DNA of 64,000 nt from Vicinamibacterales bacterium (GTDB lineage: Bacteria; Acidobacteriota; Vicinamibacteria; Vicinamibacterales; JAMQPK01), in contig CAVXJF010000007.1 of assembly GCA_963762055.1 (NCBI GenBank), positions 71,452 through 135,451 of the forward strand. The letters are read 5' to 3'. Made by a program: the position numbers and the translations under genes. The number at the start of each line of letters is the position of its first letter. The stretch's first letter is position 1. Of this stretch, positions 57,401 through 64,000 are shown in pieces. A model generated the notes under the pieces. The model saw only the letters and a list, made by a program, of their open reading frames with translations, searched no databases and was not told the origin of the DNA.

Positions 57401-58631
57401 TCGCTTCCGGACCGATCGTCGAACCCATCGACGTCACCAGCTCCTCACGGATGGCGTCGAGCGGCGGGTTGGTGACCTGGGCGAACAGCTGGCTGAAGTA
57501 GTCGTAGAGCAGCCGCGGCCGGTCCGACAACACGGCGAGCGAGGTGTCGGTGCCCATGGAACCGATCGCTTCTTCGCCGTTCTGCGCCATCGGCGCGATC
57601 AGAATCCTGAGATCTTCCTGGGTGTAGCCGAACGTGCGCTGCCGGTTCAGCATCGTGTAGTGATCGGGCAGCGGCAGCAGCGGCGCCGGCTTGAGCTCTT
57701 CGAGCGTGATCATGTTGTCGGCGAGCCACTGCGCATACGGCTGTGCGGTGGCAAGCGACTTCTTGATCTCCTCGTCGGCGATGATGCGTCCCTGCTCGGT
57801 ATCGATGAGGAAGATGCGGCCCGGATGCAGCCGTTCCTTCAAGAGGATGTTCTCGTCGGGGATGTCGAGCACCCCTACCTCGGACGCCATCACGACGAGG
57901 TCGTCTTTGGTCACGTAGTACCTGGACGGGCGGAGGCCGTTGCGATCGAGCACGGCGCCAATCACCCTGCCGTCGGTGAACGCGATCGACGCCGGGCCGT
58001 CCCACGGCTCCATCATCGTCGCGTGATACTCGTAGAACGCCTTGCGCTCGGCCGGCATCGATTCGTGGCCGGCCCAGGGCTCGGGAATCATCATCAGCAC
58101 CGCGTGCGGGAGCGACCGGCCCGTCATCACGAGAAATTCGAGGACGTTGTCGAAGGTCGCCGTATCGCTGCCGCCCTCGCGGATAATCGGCAGGATCTTC
58201 TGGAGGTCGGCGCCGAGCAGATCGGACTCGCACATCGCCTCGCGCGCGTGCATCCAGTTGATGTTGCCGCGGAGCGTGTTGATCTCGCCGTTGTGCGCGG
58301 CGTACCGGTATGGATGCGCAAGCGGCCACGACGGAAAGGTATTGGTGCTGAAGCGCTGGTGCACCAGCGCCAGCGCTGACTCCACATCCGGATTCGTCAG
58401 ATCGGGGAACATCGTCTCGATCTGATCGGCGATGAGCATGCCCTTGTAGATGAGCGTGTTCGCCGAGAGGCTCGGGATGTAGAAATATTTCTTGTCGGCC
58501 ATCGAGATCGGCAGCTTGTCGACCGCGTGCTCGATGCGCTTGCGAATGACGTACAGCTTCCGCTCGAACGCAGCAACGGGGTCAGACCCCTTTTTACGTT
58601 TTCCGTAAAAGGGGGTCTGACCCCTTCCCAA
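54468..58631 (-). CDS. gltB: glutamate synthase large subunit, residues after the amidotransferase loop (C-terminal 1387-aa fragment)
   Basis: The remainder of the Ntn amidotransferase domain and the central, FMN and GXGXG domains are all recognisable. Its apparent N-terminus ([17 protein letters not shown]) is translation of the palindromic insert. Confidence 0.9.
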   Translation of the reverse strand: MGRGQTPFYGKRKKGSDPVAAFERKLYVIRKRIEHAVDKLPISMADKKYFYIPSLSANTLIYKGMLIADQIETMFPDLTNPDVESALALVHQRFSTNTFPSWPLAHPYRYAAHNGEINTLRGNINWMHAREAMCESDLLGADLQKILPIIREGGSDTATFDNVLEFLVMTGRSLPHAVLMMIPEPWAGHESMPAERKAFYEYHATMMEPWDGPASIAFTDGRVIGAVLDRNGLRPSRYYVTKDDLVVMASEVGVLDIPDENILLKERLHPGRIFLIDTEQGRIIADEEIKKSLATAQPYAQWLADNMITLEELKPAPLLPLPDHYTMLNRQRTFGYTQEDLRILIAPMAQNGEEAIGSMGTDTSLAVLSDRPRLLYDYFSQLFAQVTNPPLDAIREELVTSMGSTIGPEANLLKPGQEACRQIKVASAIVNNEELAKLRHIGERGFKSITLPMLFDADSGGDGLARALEDLERRTSVAVEEGYTIIILSDRGVNMKLAPIPSLLATAGVHHHLVREGLRNRAALVVETGDAREVHHLALLIGYGAGAVNPYLAFETIDDMIRSGMLSDPSAAAAPGAPAPGLNHEKAVKNYIKALNKGVLKVMSKMGISTLQSYRGAQIFEAVGLEKDFIDRYFTWTASRIGGVGIDAIAEEVRKRHELAFPERPVADRDLDEGGEYQWRRDGEYHLFNPETVYKLQHATRSGQYSIYKEYTRAVNDQTRNRATLRGLFELKLAAKPIPIEQVEPVESILKRFATGAMSYGSISQEAHETLAIAMNRLGGKSNTGEGGEDPARYVPDANGDSRRSAIKQVASARFGVTSEYLVNADDLQIKMAQGAKPGEGGQLPGHKVYPWIAKVRFATPGVGLISPPPHHDIYSIEDLAQLIYDLKNANPRARVHVKLVAEVGVGTVAAGVAKAHSDVVLISGHDGGTGASPLTSLKHAGVPWELGLAETQQVLVLNNLRDRIVVQVDGQMKTGRDVVIGALLGAEEFGFATAPLVVLGCVMMRVCHLNTCPVGVATQDPELRKRFAGQPEFVETFFRFVAEDVRELMAQLGFKSMDDMIGRVDKIDVTKAVDHWKAAGVDLSQILYKPVVAPTVAQRCVRGQDHGLDKALDNELIRRCQDALLRRKPVEFSIPIRNVNRTVGTILGSEVTRAFGAAGLPDGTIKIHFSGSAGQSFGAFVPKGMTLTLEGDANDYVGKGLSGGTIAVFPSSRSTFVPEENIIVGNVTLYGATSGEVYLRGVAGERFAVRNSGARAVVEGVGDHGCEYMTGGRVVVLGRTGRNFAAGMSGGIAYVLDQNETFAGRCNKGMVDLDPLAEEDWTILREMIARHIMFTGSAYAKKILAVLADQPFVKVMPRDYKRVLAAEARARAEHREPDFAELVGSV
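58578..58624. repeat. 47-bp nested palindrome inserted in gltB
   Basis: The structure is ggggtcagacccctttttacg-tttt-ccgtaaaagggggtctgacccc: 21-bp arms, one mismatch, a 4-nt loop. Each arm ends in the 13-bp palindrome GGGGTC(A/T)GACCCC. Confidence 0.9.
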
Positions 58632-59094
58632 CGAAGATTTGCTTGAAATACGGCTCGACGGCGACAGCCGATGCGCCGACCAGGCGATTGTCGGTCGGCA
58701 GATCGCGCCATCCGAGCAGCGTCTGCCCTTCCTCGTCGATGATCTCGTCGATCAGCGCCTGGATCGTGGCTCTGGCCGACGAATCCCGCGGCAGAAAGAC
58801 ACACCCGGCGCCGTAATCGCCGGCCGCGGGCAGCGTGATCCCGAAGTTCCGCGCCTCCTTGCGGAGAAACTTGTCCGGCATCTGGATGAGGATGCCGGCG
58901 CCGTCGCCGGTGTTTACTTCGCAGCCACAGGCGCCGCGATGGAGCAGATTGACGAGGAGCTGAAGTGCCTGCTTGACGATGGAATGCGAGCGCACCCCCT
59001 TGACGTGCACGACGAAGCCAACGCCGCACGCGTCTTTTTCGTGTGCGGGGTCATAGAGTCCCTGCGGGGAAGGGCAACCCGGTTCGCGATCCAT
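58594..59094 (-). CDS. gltB: glutamate synthase large subunit, N-terminal 166-aa fragment
   Basis: The Ntn-amidotransferase start ...HEKDA|[17 protein letters not shown] and GWRDLPTDN are present. It terminates at a TAA inside the palindrome. Confidence 0.9.
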   Translation of the reverse strand: MDREPGCPSPQGLYDPAHEKDACGVGFVVHVKGVRSHSIVKQALQLLVNLLHRGACGCEVNTGDGAGILIQMPDKFLRKEARNFGITLPAAGDYGAGCVFLPRDSSARATIQALIDEIIDEEGQTLLGWRDLPTDNRLVGASAVAVEPYFKQIFVGKGSDPLLRKT

Positions 59095-59210
59095 AAAGAA
59101 GTGATAGTTATCGGGTACACCCAGTCATAAGTAAAATACAATTTATATATCCGAAGTATCTGTTTTGGGAATACTACAGGAATGAAGGCTGAGGAATCAG
59201 GGATTCCGGA

Positions 59211-61049
59211 TCAGGCGCTGCATTCCCCTTCCTGGATTTCCGGATTGAACTGGGCTGTTTCGGCCAGATCGACGAAGTCGTCCGGCTCGGTGCTGGCCGC
59301 TGACATCTGCTCGAGGTCTGCAAGAAGGCTCTTCACCACGGCGACATCGACCCGGCCGAAAAATGCGGTCGCGGACTCGCCGGAGTTTCGGTCCCGGAGA
59401 TACAAATCGAGCAAGCGCTCGAGCACCACGTTCATCCGGCGGGCCGGCACCTTGGACGCAAGGCGGGCAAACCGGACACCATCGCCCTCGGGTCCGCCGC
59501 CCACCATCACGAAATATTGCGGCACGGCCTTGCCCCCGACTTTCCGCACACTCCCCTGAAAACCGAGGCCTGCGATGTGGTGGCGGCCGCAGCCGTTCGG
59601 GCACCCGCTGATCTTGATTTGCAGGTCAGGGGCCTTGTCGATGAGCTCCGGATGCTCCCGCAGATGGTCGCCGAGGAATTTGCCGAGTCCGCGCGATTGC
59701 GTGACGGCGAGCTTGCACGACTCCGCGCCGGGGCAGCTCGTCACATCGGCAATCGTTCCCGCGTCGGGAAGCCCCATACCGGCGGCCGAGAGCTGCCTGT
59801 AAAGCTCCGGAACCGCGTCGGCCGCGACCCAGCGGAAGACGAGATCCTGCTCGGCGGTGATGCGTATGGCGCCGTCCGCGTAGGCGTTGGCGAGATCGCC
59901 GAGGATCCGCATCTGCTGGCTCGTGAAGTCGCCGAGCGTAATCGTCGCGGTGACGAAGAAGTAGCCGCTCTGCCTCTGCTTGCGCACGTTGGTGCCGAGC
60001 CAATGGGAGTAATCGCCGTTCATCGTCGGCAGCATCGGCCGCACCTGAGGAACGATTCCCGGTCCCGTCACCTGGGAGCTCGTGGCTCGCGACACGGTCT
60101 CGAGAATCGGCGGCGAGTCTACCTGCCGCCATGCGGGAGCGGATTCGACAGGCGGATTTTCGGGATCGAACGGCAGCCGGGCACCGCCCTGGCTCTGGAA
60201 CTCGGATAGCTTCCGGCGGTATTCGGCGAGGAAGCCGTCCCACCCGAGCTTCTTGATGAGGAACTTCAGGCGATTCGCCTGTTTGTGCTTGTAGTCCCCG
60301 AACTCGTGGAACACGCGGATGACGGCTTCGGCGACGTCGAAGATCTCAGATGCCGGCACGAACTCGTGTACCGGCTCCGCCGACTTGACCATGATCGACG
60401 TGCCTCCGCCGACGACCACGCGGAACCCGCGCCTGCCGTCCTTGATGGCCGCGCGATACCCGAGATCGTGCATGCCGAGCAGCGCGTGATCTTCGTCGGT
60501 GCAGCCTTCGAACGCGATCTTGAACTTGCGCGGCAGCGACGAGCTGAGTGGGTGCCGCAGCAGATATCGCGTCATCGCCTCGGAGTATGGAGTGACGTCG
60601 AACAACTCGGTCGGCGACACACCTGCCTGCGGGCAGCATGTGATGTTGCGTACGGAGTTGCCGCAGGCTTCACGCGTCGTCATGCCGGCCTCGGCCAGCA
60701 TGCGCATCGCTGTCTCGACGTCGTGAAGCTTCACGAAATGGAACTGGATGTTCTGGCGCGTCGTGATGTGCCCGAAACCGCGCGAGAACTTCTCGCCGAC
60801 GTCGGCGAGCGCGTCGAGCTGGGGCGCGGTCAGCACCCCCTGCGGAATCTTGATGCGCAGCATCTGCACGTCGCCAGGCTGCCGCTGGCCGTATGTGCCT
60901 CGGACGAGGCGAAATAACCGCCACTGGTCGGGCGTCAACTCGCCGCGCTCGAATTTGTCGAGTGTCGAGACGAATTCGTCGATGTCGGCCTCGCTCGCGA
61001 ACGAGAGGCGGGTCCTTCCAAGCGTCTTGGGGTCGTCTACTGCTGCCAT
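59211..61049 (-). CDS. nitrite/sulfite reductase family hemoprotein (ferredoxin-dependent type)
   Basis: There are two NIR_SIR repeats and a siroheme/4Fe-4S Cys cluster (TSCPGAESC ... GCPNGC). The substrate cannot be assigned from sequence. Confidence 0.8.
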   Translation of the reverse strand: MAAVDDPKTLGRTRLSFASEADIDEFVSTLDKFERGELTPDQWRLFRLVRGTYGQRQPGDVQMLRIKIPQGVLTAPQLDALADVGEKFSRGFGHITTRQNIQFHFVKLHDVETAMRMLAEAGMTTREACGNSVRNITCCPQAGVSPTELFDVTPYSEAMTRYLLRHPLSSSLPRKFKIAFEGCTDEDHALLGMHDLGYRAAIKDGRRGFRVVVGGGTSIMVKSAEPVHEFVPASEIFDVAEAVIRVFHEFGDYKHKQANRLKFLIKKLGWDGFLAEYRRKLSEFQSQGGARLPFDPENPPVESAPAWRQVDSPPILETVSRATSSQVTGPGIVPQVRPMLPTMNGDYSHWLGTNVRKQRQSGYFFVTATITLGDFTSQQMRILGDLANAYADGAIRITAEQDLVFRWVAADAVPELYRQLSAAGMGLPDAGTIADVTSCPGAESCKLAVTQSRGLGKFLGDHLREHPELIDKAPDLQIKISGCPNGCGRHHIAGLGFQGSVRKVGGKAVPQYFVMVGGGPEGDGVRFARLASKVPARRMNVVLERLLDLYLRDRNSGESATAFFGRVDVAVVKSLLADLEQMSAASTEPDDFVDLAETAQFNPEIQEGECSA

Positions 61050-61156
61050 GTCCTGCAGAAACCGGCCTGAGAAACGTGCGGAGCCGGAAAGCCCATTATG
61101 TCACTTCTTCGCCGGCTCCGTCGGCAGCGGATACGGGCTGATCACCCAGGGTCGGC

Positions 61157-62092
61157 TCATACCACGCGCGCACCCTGCGAGGCCACCTTCCCCGCATAGA
61201 GAGTGCTGTTCAGCCCCGCGCTCGAGCGAAACGCTGCCTGCATTGCGGCGCCGACTGCCTGGGCGGCGTCGGCATTACCGACCAAAGCAAACACCGATGG
61301 ACCTGAACCCGCTATCGAACAGCCCAGGGCTCCGGCATCGAGCGCGGCCTGTTTGACCGCGTCGAACCCTGGAATCAGGCGCGCGCGCAGCGGCTCGACG
61401 AGCCGGTCATTGATGCTGCGTCCGAGCAGTCCAAGATCGCCCGACGCCAGGGCCGCCACGAACCCGGCGATATTGCCCAGGTTCGGGACGATCTCATCCA
61501 ACGCGAACTTGCGGCCGTTGACGAGCTTCCGCGCCTCCGCGGTGGAGACTTCGCACTGCGGATGCACGACGCTGATATGGAGCGTATCCGGGACGGGAAG
61601 CGCGACAACTTCAAACGGCTCGTAACTGCGTACCAGCACGATCCCGCCCATTACGCTCGGGGCTACGTTGTCCGCGTGTGGCGTCCCCGACGCCGGCCGC
61701 TCCCCTTCCATCGCGCACAACACGACATCGCCTACCGGCAACGGCCGGCCCAGGAGCTCATTGGCCACGAATGCTCCCGCCGCGCTGCTGGCGCCGGAGC
61801 TGCCGAGGCCGCTGGCCAGCGGCATCCGTTTGTGCAAACGCATCCGGAGGCCGTGCGATGACTGTGCGTGCCGCAGCACAGCCGCGGCGGCCACTGCGGC
61901 TACGTTCTTCTCCGAATCGCGGCTCAGGATGCCGCCATCTCCGGTGATCTCGACGATCTCCACACCACCATCGGGCGTGAGCTCGGCTTCGATGAGATCG
62001 CCGGGACTCGAGAGGGCCAGGCCCAGGACATCAAATCCTGGCCCAAGATTGGCTACAGTGGCAGGTGCGAACACCCTGACGGCGCGTCCCAT
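61157..62092 (-). CDS. thrB: homoserine kinase
   Basis: Contains APATVANLGPGFDVLG and the GHMP motif (PLASGLGSSGASS). Confidence 0.85.
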   Translation of the reverse strand: MGRAVRVFAPATVANLGPGFDVLGLALSSPGDLIEAELTPDGGVEIVEITGDGGILSRDSEKNVAAVAAAAVLRHAQSSHGLRMRLHKRMPLASGLGSSGASSAAGAFVANELLGRPLPVGDVVLCAMEGERPASGTPHADNVAPSVMGGIVLVRSYEPFEVVALPVPDTLHISVVHPQCEVSTAEARKLVNGRKFALDEIVPNLGNIAGFVAALASGDLGLLGRSINDRLVEPLRARLIPGFDAVKQAALDAGALGCSIAGSGPSVFALVGNADAAQAVGAAMQAAFRSSAGLNSTLYAGKVASQGARVV

Positions 62093-62257
62093 TCGGGGTT
62101 TTGAAGATTATCGCAGAAAATTCGCGCTGTCACGATCTCGCGCGCGTGTGCGCTTTTCGAAACTGCACTTGATCGAGGCAGCAGAAGTCGAAGGTGACGA
62201 GTGGTGGTCGTGACGCATCGAACGGTGTAGCCTATCAACGTTATCGGCCCCAACCGT

Positions 62258-62341
62258 GCGAAAGTGGCGGAACTGGCAGACGCGCCGGACTTAGGATCCG
62301 GTGGCCGAAAGGCCTTGGGGGTTCGACTCCCCCCTTTCGCA
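62258..62341 (+). tRNA. tRNA-Leu (anticodon TAG)
   Basis: The acceptor is GCGAAAG/CTTTCGC, the anticodon loop is CUUAGGA, there is a long variable arm (GGCCGAAAGGCC), and the T-arm is GGGGGTTCGACTCCCCC. CCA is not encoded. Confidence 0.9.
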
Positions 62342-62420
62342 AATCATTTCTTCACCGATCGATGCGCACGATGGACGTCTGCTGCCGCGATGGCGCCCCT
62401 CCGCACGGTATAATCCAGTA

Positions 62421-63702
62421 GTGAAAACCGAATTCGCCGATCTCACCGAAACGAAGAAGAGCGTCGCCGTCGAAATTCCGAGCGACATCGTCGACGCTCA
62501 GATCGATCGCGTGGCACGGAGCTATAGCAGGCAGGCGCGCATTCCCGGCTTCAGACAGGGAAAGGTGCCGCCGACGCTCATCAAGAAACGCTTCCGCGAA
62601 CAGATCCTTCACGATGTGGCCCACGATCTCATCCCGCGCGCCATCGACGAGGCGTTGCGCGAGCGCGGGCTGGAGCCGGTCGATACGCCCGACGTCAAAG
62701 ATGTGAGCCTCGACGAAGGCCAGGCCCTGACGTTCACGGCGACCTTCGAGACGCTCCCTCCCATCGAGCCGGGCCCGTTGAACACCATTTCGCTGACCCG
62801 GCCCGCGGTGACGCTCGAAGAGGGCGCGGTCGAGAAGACTCTGGACCAGCTGCGCACCCGCGCGGCGCGTTACGAACCGGTCGAAGGCCGAGGCGCCGAA
62901 ACCGGCGACACGGTCACGCTCGACATCGAGCGCAAACCGATAGCCGCGGGGGACAAGGCCGACCATCATCACGACGTCGTGGTCGAAATCGGAGGCAAGG
63001 CGAACCCGCCGGGGTTCGACGAACACCTTCTGGGTCTGTCGGCAGGCGCGCAGAAGAGCTTCACCATCCATTACCCGGACGACTACGCGGTGAAAGAAAT
63101 GGCCGGCACCAGCGTGGACTACGCGGTGAACGTGAAAGACCTCCGGAAGCGGGCGCTGCCCGAGCTGGATGATGAGTTCGCCAAGGACGTCGGCGAGTTC
63201 GAGACGCTGCAGGCGCTACGCGACCGCATCGAGCAGGATCTCCACAGGGAAGCGGAGAGCGAAGCCGACAGAAATCTGCGTGGCGCGCTCATGAAGGAGC
63301 TGGCCGGGCGTGTCACGGTGGACCTTCCCGACTCGCTCGTCGAGCGCGAGCTCGACCGGCGCACCGAGGAGTTCGCGCGCCGCCTCATGGATCAGAATAT
63401 CGATCCCCGGCGCGCCAACATCGACTGGGACCAGTTCCGCGACAGCCAGCGCGACGCCAGCCGCGAATCGGTGAAGAGCGCGCTCGGTACTCGACGAGAT
63501 CTCGAGACGCGAGAACGTGACCGTGTCGGACGAGGACATCGAGAAAGACGTGGCGCAGTACGCGGAGCGCAGCGGGCTGACGCCGGCGGCGGTGCGCGCG
63601 CGCCTCGAGAAAGACGGCGCGCTGTCGCGCCTGGCGGCGGGACTTCGCCGCGAAAAGACCATGGATTACGTTCTGTCCCAGGCTCAAGTCGTTCGCGACT
63701 AG
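62421..63702 (+). CDS. tig: trigger factor (1-nt frameshift near 63486)
   Basis: From GTG 62421 the protein reads VKTEFADLTETKKSVAVEIP...IPGFRQGKVP. After ...SVKSAL the conserved C-terminus (VLDEISRRENVTVSDEDIEKDV...) continues in the +1 frame to TAG 63700-63702. Confidence 0.85.
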
Positions 63703-63737
63703 TGCCGATATCTTCTTAAAGGCGGGGTGCCCCTTCT

Positions 63738-64000
63738 ATGTCCGACATGCGCATGCAGCTTGTCCCGATGGTCGTCGAACAAACCAACCGCGGGGAGCGG
63801 GCGTACGACATCTTTTCGCGGCTGCTGAAAGACAGCATCATCTTCATCGGGACGCCGATCGATGACACGGTCGCGAACCTGGTGATCGCGCAGATGCTCT
63901 TTCTCGAGGCCGAAGATCCGGACAAGGACATCACGCTCTACATCAACAGCCCCGGGGGATCGATCACCGCAGGGCTCGCGATTTACGACACGATGCAGTT
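63738..64000 (+). CDS. clpP: ATP-dependent Clp protease proteolytic subunit, N-terminal part (runs off window)
   Basis: Reads [87 protein letters not shown]. It is not in the ORF track because no stop lies in the window. Confidence 0.95.
   Translation, partial: MSDMRMQLVPMVVEQTNRGERAYDIFSRLLKDSIIFIGTPIDDTVANLVIAQMLFLEAEDPDKDITLYINSPGGSITAGLAIYDTMQ

Noticed and set aside
61050-61072. A sigma-54-like motif on the minus strand (aGGCCGgtttcTGCA) just upstream of the nitrite/sulfite reductase ATG.
   Set aside because: The GG-to-GC spacing is one nucleotide short of consensus, the -24 hexamer is poor, and the -12 element would lie 5 nt from the start codon.
62409-62423. A perfect TATAAT 6 nt upstream of the tig GTG, suggesting a leaderless transcript.
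   Set aside because: There is no recognisable -35 or extended -10 element. A GTG start is atypical for leaderless mRNAs. A single hexamer match is weak evidence.

Overview
This is a 64 kb, visibly GC-rich chromosomal segment with about 57 protein-coding genes and two tRNA-Leu genes. I found no rRNA, CRISPR array, transposase, integrase or phage genes. The content is mostly housekeeping and regulatory, in this order:
- Two tandem thymidylate-kinase-like paralogs, then pstB-phoU, a small yacG-like ORF that is absent from the ORF track, citrate synthase, an M28 peptidase and a rhomboid protease.
- A secreted legumain/caspase-like protein with a TPR/HExxH peptidase.
- Two different phospholipid N-methyltransferases.
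- LytS/LytTR, lepB, a CDF transporter, moaC-rex, plsC and carD.
- A PhoB/PhoR-like two-component pair.
- A translationally coupled zinc-peptidase plus Ddl-like ATP-grasp pair.
- Two about 70% identical GAF/sigma-54 (NifA-like) activators.
- A nitrogen-control block: amtB, a porin-like gene, glnD, glnB and a half-size glnE-like gene.
- A copper cluster: copA, a YtkA-like gene, ycnI and a DUF411 gene.
- gltBD, a nitrite/sulfite reductase, thrB, tig and the start of clpP.

Three things stand out.
1. Most gene boundaries are padded with mosaic short-word repeats (TAGCCAGTAGCC, GGTTCC, CACAGAG, CAATCTGCCAAT, a 9-bp GGTGCGTTG unit, and a 28-bp hairpin element). These recur as exact 12-28-mers in both orientations, often start on or right after a stop codon, often fold into long hairpins, and in several cases are translated as ORF termini or as an in-frame (GAT/GAL)n insert in the glnE-like gene.
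2. A 47-bp nested palindrome related to the lytS/lytTR intergenic hairpin splits gltB. Removing 34 bp restores the reading frame.
3. Four other conserved genes (pstB, phoU, the YtkA-like gene, tig) each carry a single-nucleotide frameshift. This points to indel errors in the assembly rather than to biology.

The lineage cannot be fixed from the sequence alone. Composition and gene content would fit a soil Acidobacteriota-like bacterium, but that is a guess.
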